A DNA stretch of 32,000 bases from Vibrio vulnificus CMCP6 (GCF_000039765.1 NC_004460.2:1350001-1382000); one strand, 5' to 3'. Positions 1 to 8,545 are shown, counted from the first letter of the stretch. Notes: generated by a model not told the origin, from the letters alone. A program made the numbers and translations.

Positions 1-46
1 GACTTGGTTGTCGCGGTGCGAACCGTTTATTCGTGGAGAATAATTT

Positions 47-1357
47 ATGAGTACTGAAACCAAAAAAATGTCGGTGGTGCAACTGACCATTCTGACCTTC
101 ATCAACATGGCTGGCTCGGGCATCATCATGCTGCCAAGTAAGTTAGCGCAGGTGGGCACCATCTCGGTATTGTCTTGGTTGATCACCGCAGCAGGCTCGT
201 TAGCCTTGGCGTACGTGTTTGCCAAATGTGGTCGCTTTAGTAAGCGTGACGGTGGGATGAACGGCTATGCCTCGTACGCGTTTGGTAAATCGGGTGCGTT
301 TATGGCGGGTTGGACCTACGGCTTGTCATTGTTGATTGCCAACATTGCGATTGCGATTACTTGTGTCGGTTATGGTTCGGCTTTCTTCGAAGTGACTTTG
401 TCGCCAGTAGAGACCTGTCTGTACACCATCGCGATCCTTTGGATTTGTACCTTCGCTAACTTTGGTGGTGCGAAGATCACCGGTCAAATCGGCTCGTTTA
501 CAGTCTGGGGTGTTATCCTTCCAGTGTGTTCTTTGGGTATTGTTGGTTGGTTCTACTTTAGCCCAACCATGTACGTAGAAGCGTGGAACCCACATCACCT
601 ACCATTTGGTGAAGCGGTTAGTGCGTCGATCGCGATGACACTGTGGGCGTTCCTAGGTCTTGAGTCAGCTTGTGCAAACTCAGAAGCAGTAGAAAATCCA
701 GAGAAGAATGTACCAATCGCAGTATTGGGCGGTACGCTGATTGCGGCAGTGGTTTACATTGTTTCAACCAACATCTGTTCTGGTATCGTAGCGAACTCTG
801 AACTTGCTGCCTCTACCGCGCCATTCTCAACAGTATGGACAGTGATGCTAGGTTCTACGGCGGGTAAAGTGGTTGCGGGCATGGCCGTTCTAGCTTGTGC
901 AGGTTCACTACTGGGTTGGCAGTTCACTATCGCGTCCGTATTCAAATCATCTTCAGACGCAGGCTTCTTCCCGAAACTGTTCTCACAAGTTGATAAACGC
1001 GGCACGCCCATCAAAGGGATGGTGGCCATCACGGTTATCCAATCTGTGCTTTCTTTAATGACTATCTCGCCAACATTGAACGAGCAATTTGAAGCACTGG
1101 TTAACCTAGCGGTAGTAACTAACGTTATTCCTTACATCCTATGTATGGGCGCAATCTTCATCATGCAGCAAGTGGCGCACGTGCCTGAACGCGAAATGAA
1201 AACCACCAACATCATCGCTTTGGTTGGTTCTCTCTACAGCTTCTACGCATTGTATGGTTCGGGCTACGAAGCCATGATGTGGGGCTCTATCGTCACCTTC
1301 TTAGGTTGGAGTGCTTATGGTTTGATCGCGGCCAAGCATGAACCTTTAGCCAATTAA
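47..1357 (+). CDS. potE: Putrescine/ornithine antiporter PotE-like (APC superfamily basic amino acid/polyamine antiporter)
   Basis: 436-aa ORF with SD ggaga about 7 nt upstream of the ATG. Multi-TM permease. Blocks VVQLTILTFINMAGSGIIMLPSKLAQVGTISVLSWL, WNPHHLPF, AMTLWAFLGLESACAN and FKSSSDAGFFPK match my recollection of E. coli PotE nearly residue for residue. A related CadB/ArcD-type antiporter cannot be fully excluded. Confidence 0.85.
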   Translation: MSTETKKMSVVQLTILTFINMAGSGIIMLPSKLAQVGTISVLSWLITAAGSLALAYVFAKCGRFSKRDGGMNGYASYAFGKSGAFMAGWTYGLSLLIANIAIAITCVGYGSAFFEVTLSPVETCLYTIAILWICTFANFGGAKITGQIGSFTVWGVILPVCSLGIVGWFYFSPTMYVEAWNPHHLPFGEAVSASIAMTLWAFLGLESACANSEAVENPEKNVPIAVLGGTLIAAVVYIVSTNICSGIVANSELAASTAPFSTVWTVMLGSTAGKVVAGMAVLACAGSLLGWQFTIASVFKSSSDAGFFPKLFSQVDKRGTPIKGMVAITVIQSVLSLMTISPTLNEQFEALVNLAVVTNVIPYILCMGAIFIMQQVAHVPEREMKTTNIIALVGSLYSFYALYGSGYEAMMWGSIVTFLGWSAYGLIAAKHEPLAN

Positions 1358-1371
1358 ACATCATCGAGAAA

Positions 1372-1411
1372 GAGCCTTCCCCAACTTAATGTGGAAGGCT
1401 CGTTTTTTTTT
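1372..1411 (+). terminator. Rho-independent terminator of potE
   Basis: Perfect 9-bp stem gagccttcc (1372-1380) / ggaaggctc (1393-1401), 12-nt loop, followed by a T9 run (1403-1411). Confidence 0.85.
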
Positions 1412-1724
1412 CATTTTATACGTGACTATTTACAACACGGTGAAAACTGATTTTCAACAATTAGCAGACCCCAATCCCTCAAGCGGCTGTTACACTCGAC
1501 GCCGATACCTTTGTAGTTGCTTGAGCGAGTTGATGAGTGTTTGCCCTCCCGCTTGAAAAGACAGAGAGAAATCAAGAGTCAGGTATGGATGACCAACTCT
1601 CAGCCCATTCGCTTCAGAATTGAGTTCGAGAATCTTGGTTTGTCGAATACACTACTGGTTTCGTAAATTGAGCGCTTGCCGCTGTCTTTGAACTATTGAT
1701 AACAACAAGAAGAGGTCTGGTACT

Positions 1725-2597
1725 ATGCAAGGTATCCTCTCCATCCAGTCACACGTTGCTTATGGCCATGCCGGTAACAGCAGTGCAGTCTTCCCAATGC
1801 AACGCATGGGCTTTGAAGTGTGGCCGATCCACACGGTTCAATTTTCTAACCACACCCAGTACCAAGAAGGTTGGACAGGGCGTGCGTTCTCGGCTGATGA
1901 CATCAGCGAACTGGTTCGTGGTCTGAACAATATTGGCGCACTAGAGAAGTGCCAAGCGGTGCTGACGGGCTACCAAGGCAGTGCTGAGCAATGTCTGGCC
2001 GTGGAAGAAACCGTCACCAAAGTTAAACAAGCGAATCCTGACGCGCTTTACGTCTGTGACCCAGTGATGGGCGCGCCAGACAAAGGCTGTATTGTCGCCC
2101 CGGGGATTGCGGAAAACTTGTTAAACCGTCTCATGCCAATGGCGGACGTGATTGTGCCTAACCAGTTCGAGCTTAGCCAATTTGCCGAAATGGAAATCCA
2201 CACCCTTGATGACGCGATCATCGCTTGCCAGCGTGCACTAGCGAAGGGCCCAAAAGTGGTGTTGGTGAAACATTTATACTGCCTGTCTGACGAGAGCTTC
2301 AACATGTTGTTGGCCACGCAAGAAGGCACTTATTTAGCGAAGCGCCCTCATTTCGAATTTGCTAAAGCACCCGTTGGCGCAGGTGATTTGATTTCGGCGA
2401 TTTTCACTGCGGGCCTATTGAAAGGTTGGACGCCAAAACAAGCCTTCCAGCACTGTCATGATGCGTGCTACGGCGTGCTGAACGCGACTTACCAAGCTGG
2501 CGAGTGGGAACTGCAAACCATTGCTGCGCAGCAAGAATTTGTTGAGCCTAGCAAGCACTTTCCGCTGGAAGAAGTGACGTTAAAAACGGTTGAATAG
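1725..2597 (+). CDS. pdxY: Pyridoxal kinase PdxY
   Basis: 290-aa ORF with SD aagaagagg upstream. N-terminus [26 protein letters not shown]...[23 protein letters not shown] and the C-terminal GAGD motif are typical of ribokinase-fold pyridoxal kinases and closest to E. coli PdxY as I recall it. Confidence 0.85.
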   Translation: MQGILSIQSHVAYGHAGNSSAVFPMQRMGFEVWPIHTVQFSNHTQYQEGWTGRAFSADDISELVRGLNNIGALEKCQAVLTGYQGSAEQCLAVEETVTKVKQANPDALYVCDPVMGAPDKGCIVAPGIAENLLNRLMPMADVIVPNQFELSQFAEMEIHTLDDAIIACQRALAKGPKVVLVKHLYCLSDESFNMLLATQEGTYLAKRPHFEFAKAPVGAGDLISAIFTAGLLKGWTPKQAFQHCHDACYGVLNATYQAGEWELQTIAAQQEFVEPSKHFPLEEVTLKTVE

Positions 2598-2626
2598 AAA
2601 AAGGAGCCATCTAAGGCTCCTTTTTA
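2598..2626. terminator. Bidirectional rho-independent terminator between convergent pdxY and sstT
   Basis: Stem ggagcc (2603-2608) / ggctcc (2615-2620), flanked by A5 upstream and T5 downstream, so it reads as hairpin plus U-run on both strands. Confidence 0.8.
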
Positions 2627-2649
2627 TTGAGACTAATGGTGAGGCAAGA

Positions 2650-3870
2650 TTAACCTTTTGCTTTCTGCGCTTCTGACTCACAGACTGCGGCAGTAAATAC
2701 CACGTCCGTTGAGCTGTTTAGCGCCGTTTCAGCAGAATCTTGAATCACACCGATGATGAAGCCAACCGCGACCACTTGCATCGCGATGTCGTTTGAAATA
2801 CCAAACAGGCCACACGCAAGTGGGATCAGTAACAGAGAACCACCAGCAACACCTGATGCACCACAAGCAGAAACGGCAGCAACCACGCTCAGTAGAATCG
2901 CTGTCATCAAGTCTACTTCGATACCCATGGTATGAACGGCAGCCAGCGTCAGTGTGGTGATGGTGATGGCCGCACCCGCCATGTTGATGGTTGCACCCAG
3001 TGGGATAGAGACAGAGTACGTATCTTCGTCTAGTTTTAGTTTTTCACACAACGCCATGTTTACCGGAATGTTGGCGGCACTTGAACGGGTGAAGAAAGCC
3101 GTTACACCACTTTCACGTAGGCATTGGAATACCAGTGGATATGGGTTTTGCTTGGTTTTCACGTAAACCATGGCAGGGTTCACTATCAACGCAATGATCG
3201 CCATGGCGCTCAGCAACACCACCAATAGGTGCGCATAGCCAGCTAAGGCATCGAAACCCGTCGTCGCGAATGTAGAAGCCACTAAGCCAAAGATACCAAA
3301 TGGCGCAAGACGAATGATGAAGCGCACGATGTGAGAAACACTGTGGCTCAGGTCTTCAAATACCGCTTTGGTGGTGTCTGATGCGTGGTGAAGTGCCAAA
3401 CCAAGGCCGACACCCCATGCCAAAATACCAATGTAGTTTGCGCTCATCAGTGCGTTGACTGGGTTATCAACCAACTTGAACAGCAAGGTTTTGATCACTT
3501 CCAGAATGCCTTGAGGAGGGTTTGCCCCTTCTGCGCCAGTGACCAAGGTTAATGTCGTCGGGAACATGAAGCTCAAAACAACGGCTGTTAGAGCGGCAAA
3601 GAAGGTCCCGGCTAAGTACATCGCAATGATAGGGCGCATATGGGTGTGTTGGTTTTTCTTTTGATTAGCAATCGAAGCGGCGACCAAAATGAACACAAGA
3701 ATAGGGGCGATCGCTTTCAGTGCGCCGACAAACAAGCTGCCTAGCATACCGACACTTTCCGCTGAGCTTGGTGAAACCAACGCGAGCGAGATACCGAGGA
3801 TGATACCGACTAAGATTTGGAGCACCAGATTGCCTTGGGCAAATCGGGCGATAAGACTGTTATGTTGCAT
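2650..3870 (-). CDS. sstT: Serine/threonine:Na+ symporter SstT (DAACS family)
   Basis: 406-aa ORF with SD aggaa. Long collinear matches to E. coli SstT as recalled ([89 protein letters not shown]). Confidence 0.92.
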   Translation of the reverse strand: MQHNSLIARFAQGNLVLQILVGIILGISLALVSPSSAESVGMLGSLFVGALKAIAPILVFILVAASIANQKKNQHTHMRPIIAMYLAGTFFAALTAVVLSFMFPTTLTLVTGAEGANPPQGILEVIKTLLFKLVDNPVNALMSANYIGILAWGVGLGLALHHASDTTKAVFEDLSHSVSHIVRFIIRLAPFGIFGLVASTFATTGFDALAGYAHLLVVLLSAMAIIALIVNPAMVYVKTKQNPYPLVFQCLRESGVTAFFTRSSAANIPVNMALCEKLKLDEDTYSVSIPLGATINMAGAAITITTLTLAAVHTMGIEVDLMTAILLSVVAAVSACGASGVAGGSLLLIPLACGLFGISNDIAMQVVAVGFIIGVIQDSAETALNSSTDVVFTAAVCESEAQKAKG

Positions 3871-3926
3871 ACATCATTCCTGCATTTATCAGAATTATGG
3901 TTATTTGAATAATCGTTTTATAGAAC

Positions 3927-3958
3927 TAATAAAAATTCAGCCATTTTTATGCTGAATG
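3927..3958 (-). terminator. Hairpin plus U-run on the minus strand, 57 nt upstream of the sstT start (rsgA terminator or sstT leader attenuator)
   Basis: 7-bp stem attcagc (3935-3941) / gctgaat (3951-3957). On the minus strand it is followed by tttttatt (complement of 3927-3934). Confidence 0.5.
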
Positions 3959-4087
3959 GAACCTATAGTAGCTTGGTAATATTTTGTGTCTAGTTTTAGT
4001 TTGTTTTTGGGGTTATTGTTTGTTCAATGTTGTGATGCATGGTTAAAAGTGTTGAATAATGGTGAATTTGACATGGTGATTGGTAAG

Positions 4088-4135
4088 GAGAAAGCATAAC
4101 CAAAGTGAATGAATGCCCACTTTGGTTATGAAAAA
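4088..4135 (-). terminator. Long stem-loop immediately downstream of rsgA (weak U-run)
   Basis: Perfect 13-bp stem cataaccaaagtg (4095-4107) / cactttggttatg (4118-4130). The minus-strand 3' flank gctttctcctt is only moderately T-rich. Confidence 0.45.
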
Positions 4136-4152
4136 GTTACGCTCTGTTGAGG

Positions 4153-5214
4153 TTAATAGGTGGTTTTGAGTTTTTGCTTGTCACTTTGCACGTGACGGTA
4201 CATTTTGCCAATTTGCTTGATTCTGTTCCTTTGCTCTGCAAACGTTGAAGCGTTGTAGGCTTGTTCTCGAAGCAGCTTAAAGTAGTTTTGTAAACGTCGG
4301 GCTTCTAACGTGCCATTGTCAATTGCTTGTTGAACGGCGCATCCTGGCTCTTGCTGATGCTGGCAATCTTTAAAGCGACAGTGTTGCGCGAGCGTTTCGA
4401 TCTCAGCAAAAGTCTCGCTGACGCCTTCACTACAATCGGCAAGTTGCAGTTCACGCATTCCCGGTGTATCGATGATCAATGCACCATCAGGGATCATATG
4501 AACAGAGCGTGCCGTGGTGGTGTGGCGACCTTTGCTGTCATCTTCACGAATTCCACCCGTTTGTTGGGTTTCTTCACCAAGTAAGGTATTGGTGAGTGTC
4601 GATTTACCCACACCAGAAGAACCAATAAATGCCACTGTTCTGCCTTTGGCACACCAAGGTTGTAATGCCGCGACGCTGACAGGATCGAGCGCATTTACCG
4701 CCTCTACCCATAACGTTGCACTGAGCTGCTGAACCTGCGTGATGTTTTGCTCTGCCTGCGGAGATAAATCGGCTTTGGTGAGCACCACCACAGGCTCGAT
4801 GTGCGCTTCTTTTGCGATGCTCAGATAGCGCTCAATACGGCTGAGGTTAAAGTCATCATTGAGCGAGCAGACGATAAACAGTGTATCGACATTGGTGGCG
4901 ATCAACTGCTCCGCAATTTTGCTGCCAGCCGCTTTGCGACTCAGTTCGCTTTGGCGTTCAAGTAGACGTTTAAACTGTTGCTGCTCATCGAGCAAAACCC
5001 AATCGCCAACCGTCATTTTCGGTTGCGCATGGTGAATGGCAAGGTGAAAGCGCCCTTGTTCACTGCAAAGCTGATAACCACTGCGATGATGAGCAACGAT
5101 ACGGCAGATCTGCGTATTTTCGTAATCTTCAAGCGTCAGTTGTTGTTGAAAAAATGGTTTCCAGCCTAGTTGAGTCAAAGTGTAAGGCTGAGAAGACGTC
5201 ATTGTGTTGTTCAT
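4153..5214 (-). CDS. rsgA: Small-ribosomal-subunit biogenesis GTPase RsgA (YjeQ family)
   Basis: 353-aa ORF with a circularly permuted GTPase motif order: G4 LTKAD, then G1 GSSGVGKST, then G3 DTPG. C-terminal zinc knuckle [16 protein letters not shown]. The start could also be the internal Met 4 codons downstream. Confidence 0.85.
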   Translation of the reverse strand: MNNTMTSSQPYTLTQLGWKPFFQQQLTLEDYENTQICRIVAHHRSGYQLCSEQGRFHLAIHHAQPKMTVGDWVLLDEQQQFKRLLERQSELSRKAAGSKIAEQLIATNVDTLFIVCSLNDDFNLSRIERYLSIAKEAHIEPVVVLTKADLSPQAEQNITQVQQLSATLWVEAVNALDPVSVAALQPWCAKGRTVAFIGSSGVGKSTLTNTLLGEETQQTGGIREDDSKGRHTTTARSVHMIPDGALIIDTPGMRELQLADCSEGVSETFAEIETLAQHCRFKDCQHQQEPGCAVQQAIDNGTLEARRLQNYFKLLREQAYNASTFAEQRNRIKQIGKMYRHVQSDKQKLKTTY

Positions 5215-5460
5215 TGCGAATTTTCCCGGTGCGCAAAAGCACCCACTAAGTAATAGCTTCAGGGTTTCATTCGTAAATCAAATAGAATCACCCCGGTTTG
5301 ACCGGGCAAATTGAGAAGGGAAGGGAGAAGTCGCGTAATGCGATAATAGAATTGAAAACGGACTTTCCGTTAACCCAACCATGCCCTTTGAGTTTGGTTT
5401 GTTACAATCATCAGAATTCCTCCAGTCAGTCATAGAAACCGCATGAGTATACGTTGCATA

Positions 5461-5494
5461 AAGAAAAGGAGCAAACTGAGTTGCTCCTTTTTTG
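5461..5494 (-). terminator. Rho-independent terminator of the copper-chaperone operon
   Basis: Stem ggagcaa (5469-5475) / ttgctcc (5482-5488). A/T runs on both sides give ttttctt after the hairpin on the minus strand. Confidence 0.7.
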
Positions 5495-5519
5495 CATTTT
5501 GCTGTCAGCTGCCAAGGAC

Positions 5520-5969
5520 TTAGTGGCCTGAGTGCTGCATGCCTTTCATTACTTTTTTTACCGGCGCTTGGAAGGTCATCTTTTCACCGTTGGCGAAAGT
5601 CACCGTGACATCGATCTGCTCGCCTTCATTCAGTGGTGCTTTGAGATCAAACAGCATGATGTGAAGGCTGCCCGGTTTGAGCACAGTCTTGCCTTTCGCT
5701 GGGATCTCAATCGAATCAACTTGACGCATCTTCATCACATCGCCTTCTTTGATGACGTCATGCAGTTCCACTTTGCCTGCTGCTGGTGTTTCTGCGGCAA
5801 CAATCGTGCGCACGTTGTCACTGCGGTTCATCAGTTCAACAAAGACCGCACTGTTCACGGCACCCGGGGCCATCGCTCGGGCATAAGGGTGGTGAGCCAT
5901 GAGATCCATTTGGGCGCTAACCAACGGGCTGACAAATAGTGCGGCAAGCGCGAGAGCTTTAAGTTTCAT
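5520..5969 (-). CDS. Periplasmic copper chaperone PCu(A)C (DUF461 family)
   Basis: 149-aa ORF with signal peptide MKLKALALAALFVSPLVSAQ. The H..M..M...H.M copper-binding pattern is present (ELHDVIKEGDVMKM ... GSLHIML). The start lies 1 nt after the SCO1 stop. Confidence 0.8.
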   Translation of the reverse strand: MKLKALALAALFVSPLVSAQMDLMAHHPYARAMAPGAVNSAVFVELMNRSDNVRTIVAAETPAAGKVELHDVIKEGDVMKMRQVDSIEIPAKGKTVLKPGSLHIMLFDLKAPLNEGEQIDVTVTFANGEKMTFQAPVKKVMKGMQHSGH

Positions 5970-5970
5970 C

Positions 5971-6570
5971 CTAATTTCCTTGGGTTATCGTTTTTATTGC
6001 TTCCACAATCGGAGCGGGAGTTAAGGTGTGTGGCACTTTGGTGATCAAGGTGCCATCGGGCTGCAAAAAGTAGAAGTAAGAGCTGTGATCGAGCGTGTAC
6101 TTCAACTCTGAGTCTTTTAATTCTGTTTTGCGGAAAATGACCCCGTAGCGTTTGGCCAGTTCCGTGGTGACGTCCAGTGAAGAAGACAGCCCTTCAATCA
6201 TTGGGTGGAAATAGTGGGCGTACTGCGCAGAAAGCTTCGCGTCATCACGCTCAGGATCGAGCGAAATAAACAGAGGGCGCAGCTTCGCCTTGGTGGCATC
6301 GTCCAACTCGTTCAAAGCGCCAGAGAGCATCGCCAAAGACGTCGGGCACACATCTGGGCAGCGCGTAAAACCAAAATAGACCACACGGATGCGTGTATCT
6401 TCCGTGTCAAAAATGTTCACCGCTTGCTCATCTTGCCCATAGAGCATGGCTGCTGAGTGAGTGGGTGGTGTGGCTTCGTTTTCCACTTTACCTTGCAGAT
6501 CCAAATAGCTTTTGAGTGCAAATCCAAGCACAAAAGCGACCACCAGAAAGAGAGACCAATTTTTACTCAT
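5971..6570 (-). CDS. SCO1/SenC family copper-binding thioredoxin-fold protein
   Basis: I place the start at MSKNWSLFLVVAFVLGF (ATG at 6570), not at the track's upstream extension to 6651. It has an N-terminal membrane anchor, the CxxxC motif FTRCPDVCP and the conserved His in LDHSSYFY. ATGA overlap with the upstream ORF. Confidence 0.85.
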   Translation of the reverse strand: MSKNWSLFLVVAFVLGFALKSYLDLQGKVENEATPPTHSAAMLYGQDEQAVNIFDTEDTRIRVVYFGFTRCPDVCPTSLAMLSGALNELDDATKAKLRPLFISLDPERDDAKLSAQYAHYFHPMIEGLSSSLDVTTELAKRYGVIFRKTELKDSELKYTLDHSSYFYFLQPDGTLITKVPHTLTPAPIVEAIKTITQGN

Positions 6571-7010
6571 CGTTGCATCCTTATTGCAGGGTAAACCGTG
6601 GTAGTACCGTCGGTAAGCTCGCCTAACCACGTCATCGCGTCGGTGGTGCAAACGGGCAGAATCACTTCACCGCGAAAAAGACCGGGTGAGGTTTGCTTTA
6701 AGATAAACTTTGGCGTGCCCATTTCCATTTCTAGCCCGCGCAGGCTCAGCATAAGTTGCTCACCGCTTGTCGCAGGCCATTCCACCGTGATTTCACTGGC
6801 AATCAGCGGTTGCGCGGTATCGTTGCTTAACGTCATGCTTACCGCTTGCTGCGTGCAAGCTTGGGTTGAGAGCATGCAATAATCCTCTAACCGAGGCGCA
6901 GATTGAGCCACAGCGGTTGTGTCGGATGAAAACAGCTGTACGATGTCTTTGGCAAAGAATCCGCCTGAGAGAGCGACGATAAACGCGATAATTTTCAGTA
7001 TGTTGTTCAT
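6567..7010 (-). CDS. Hypothetical membrane-anchored/periplasmic protein, first gene of the SCO1-PCuAC operon
   Basis: 147-aa ORF with a hydrophobic N-terminus (MNNILKIIAFIVALSGGFFA). Its stop overlaps the SCO1 start (ATGA at 6567-6570). It has a Met-rich patch LEMEMGTPKF and three Cys (two as C-x7-C). No family recognised and no obvious SD. Confidence 0.55.
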   Translation of the reverse strand: MNNILKIIAFIVALSGGFFAKDIVQLFSSDTTAVAQSAPRLEDYCMLSTQACTQQAVSMTLSNDTAQPLIASEITVEWPATSGEQLMLSLRGLEMEMGTPKFILKQTSPGLFRGEVILPVCTTDAMTWLGELTDGTTTVYPAIRMQR

Positions 7011-7097
7011 TATTTTTGAAGCTGGAAGAAGCGTGAGGCGATCCTACCACATTCCATTTGAAACACTGCGACAGCCGTTGAAAATTGTGCGTTAGCA

Positions 7098-7126
7098 ATA
7101 AAAAAGCGGAGAGGATTCTCCGCTTT
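7098..7126 (-). terminator. Rho-independent terminator of the DUF368 gene
   Basis: Stem agcggaga (7105-7112) / tctccgct (7117-7124). The A-run at 7099-7104 gives a U-run on the minus strand. Confidence 0.75.
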
Positions 7127-7146
7127 GAACTGATTTAGGTTGGGGG

Positions 7147-8067
7147 TTATTTTGCGTTGGCTTCGGCAAACTTCTCTAAACCCAGCACCAAAGCAATGGC
7201 AACCAGCGCCATGACAATCGCCATCACCCATTGCGAAGGTTGCGAGGTCAGCGCTTCGAACTCAAACGGCGACAGGTTGTGTTGTACCAAGGGTACTTGC
7301 TCGCCGCTCGAGTTGACACGCCAGCTAATGGTCTCTTTCCAAGGCCAGATTTTCGGCAGTGTGCCGATCATCAATCCGGTTAAGAACATCAGCGTGAAAT
7401 CGCGGAACTTGCGCAGCAGCCATGACAACACGTGAGAGAACGTCAGCAGGCCTGTCACACAGCCCACTAAGAACAGCGCCAGAATGTCAACTTGAAAGCT
7501 TTTAACCGCGCCAAGAACCGGCGCGTACATGCCAATGAGCAGCAGAATAAAGCTGCCTGAAATACCCGGCAGAATCATCGCGCAAATCGCAATCGCCCCC
7601 GCAATCAAGACATTGATGGATGTGGGTTCTAAATGAAGTGGTTTAAGCACGGTAATGCTGTAGGCAAACGCGATGCCGAGAAACAACAGAGCGAAACGAG
7701 TGAGGTCTTTTTTCTCAACCTGTTTGAGGATGTGATAAACCGATACCAAGATGAGACCAAAGAAAAACGACCAAATTGGAATAGGGTGATTGGCCAAAAG
7801 CCAAGTGATCAGTTTGGCAAGCGTTGCGATACTGGTCAGTACGCCACCAAACAAAGCGATTAAGAAAAAGCCGTTAATGTGGTTAAACGCCGCCTTAAAG
7901 CCTTCTGCACGCCAGATTTTTATCACGCTAGGGTTAATGCGACGAATGCTTTCGAGCAAGGTGTCATAGATACCCGTAATAAACGCGATTGTGCCACCAG
8001 AGACACCTGGCACCACGTCGGCGGCGCCCATCGCTAAACCTTTTAAGAAAGTAAACAAATAATTCAT
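7147..8067 (-). CDS. DUF368 family membrane protein (undecaprenyl-phosphate translocase, PopT-like)
   Basis: Start placed at MNYLFTFLKGLAMG (ATG at 8067); the track's extension to 8166 is probably spurious. Polytopic membrane protein with the DUF368 signature VVPGVSGGTIAFITGIYD repeated in degenerate form as ILPGISGSFILLLIG. The family was recently linked to C55-P recycling, including in V. cholerae. Confidence 0.8.
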   Translation of the reverse strand: MNYLFTFLKGLAMGAADVVPGVSGGTIAFITGIYDTLLESIRRINPSVIKIWRAEGFKAAFNHINGFFLIALFGGVLTSIATLAKLITWLLANHPIPIWSFFFGLILVSVYHILKQVEKKDLTRFALLFLGIAFAYSITVLKPLHLEPTSINVLIAGAIAICAMILPGISGSFILLLIGMYAPVLGAVKSFQVDILALFLVGCVTGLLTFSHVLSWLLRKFRDFTLMFLTGLMIGTLPKIWPWKETISWRVNSSGEQVPLVQHNLSPFEFEALTSQPSQWVMAIVMALVAIALVLGLEKFAEANAK

Positions 8068-8234
8068 GTCGTTGAAATCGTAAAAAAGCAGTGCAGCGAG
8101 TATACCCAGATTCATGTCAAAAAAGTATGAAATTACGTGGACATAGCGCTCCTTGCCTTCGAACAATGGTCACGATTCTTATCTTTTAGATTCATCGTAT
8201 AAAAAGTAAGCGCAACTGTATTCACAATGGCTAT

Positions 8235-8272
8235 TTGCATAACCATTTGCAAAATGCTTTTGCATAATGCAA
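8235..8272 (+). promoter_or_regulatory. LuxO (bacterial enhancer-binding protein) sites upstream of qrr
   Basis: Exact match to the published LuxO consensus TTGCAW3TGCAA at 8260-8272 (ttgcataatgcaa). There is a second near-match ttgcaaaatgctt at 8247-8259 and an additional ttgca half-site at 8235-8239. Confidence 0.65.
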
Positions 8273-8333
8273 AAATTATTTTAGCAACAGTTAATATATG
8301 AGATATTCAGCCCAAAAATAGGGCTTTTAAAGT

Positions 8334-8349
8334 TGGCATGATTAATGCA
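8334..8349 (+). promoter_or_regulatory. Sigma-54 (-24/-12) promoter of qrr
   Basis: tggcatgattaatgca: GG at 8335-8336 and GC at 8347-8348 with canonical 12-nt register (TGGCAC-N5-TTGCW class). It lies about 12 nt upstream of the predicted Qrr 5' end. Confidence 0.8.
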
Positions 8350-8359
8350 TAATACTTCT

Positions 8360-8469
8360 CGACCCTTATTAAGCCGAGGGTCACCTAGCCAACTGACGTT
8401 GTTAGTGAATACACATTGTTCACATCATACATAAGCCAATCGCACTTATTTTGCGGTTGGTTTTTTTTT
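8360..8469 (+). ncRNA. qrr: Qrr quorum-regulatory sRNA (Hfq-dependent, LuxO/sigma-54 controlled)
   Basis: Contains the invariant Qrr core ggtcacctagccaactgacgttgttagtgaa (8380-8410). The 5' stem-loop is gaccct/agggtc (8361-8382). The terminal hairpin ccaatcgca/tgcggttgg (8436-8460) is followed by T9. The paralogue number (qrr2/3/4-like) cannot be assigned from sequence alone, and the 5' end is approximate to within a few nt. Confidence 0.92.
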
Positions 8470-8545
8470 GCTTGTGATTTGGGAGATGGCGCTCAAGCTT
8501 TTAAGACTCGTTTTAACCCAAAACACATCGCGCAGGTGTGGAAAG

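Noticed and set aside
1622-1634. tRNA T-loop-like motif gagttcgagaatc.
   Set aside because: No flanking acceptor, D or anticodon stems can be drawn and the T-stem does not pair. It is an isolated chance resemblance to GGTTCGAATCC.
3028-4002. Exact 15-nt repeat gtctagttttagttt at 3028-3042 (inside sstT) and 3988-4002 (upstream of sstT), 960 bp apart.
   Set aside because: A single 15-mer match of AT-rich sequence within a 32-kb window is roughly what chance predicts. The flanks do not extend the similarity, and one copy is ordinary coding sequence (EKLKLDED).
5532-5939. Shadow and antisense ORFs inside strongly supported genes. Examples: 5532-5939 (+) in PCuAC; 6205-6456 and 6598-6882 (+) in the copper operon; 11637-12413 (various) in malT; 19750-20169 (-), 20143-20544 (+) and 20593-21027 (+) in glgB; 8987-9208/10049-10270 and 9138-9464/10200-10526 in the paralogues.
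   Set aside because: All lie entirely within genes that have clear homology or conserved duplication in another frame or strand. They have biased, low-complexity R/S/H-rich translations typical of off-frame reading, and no SD or terminator of their own.
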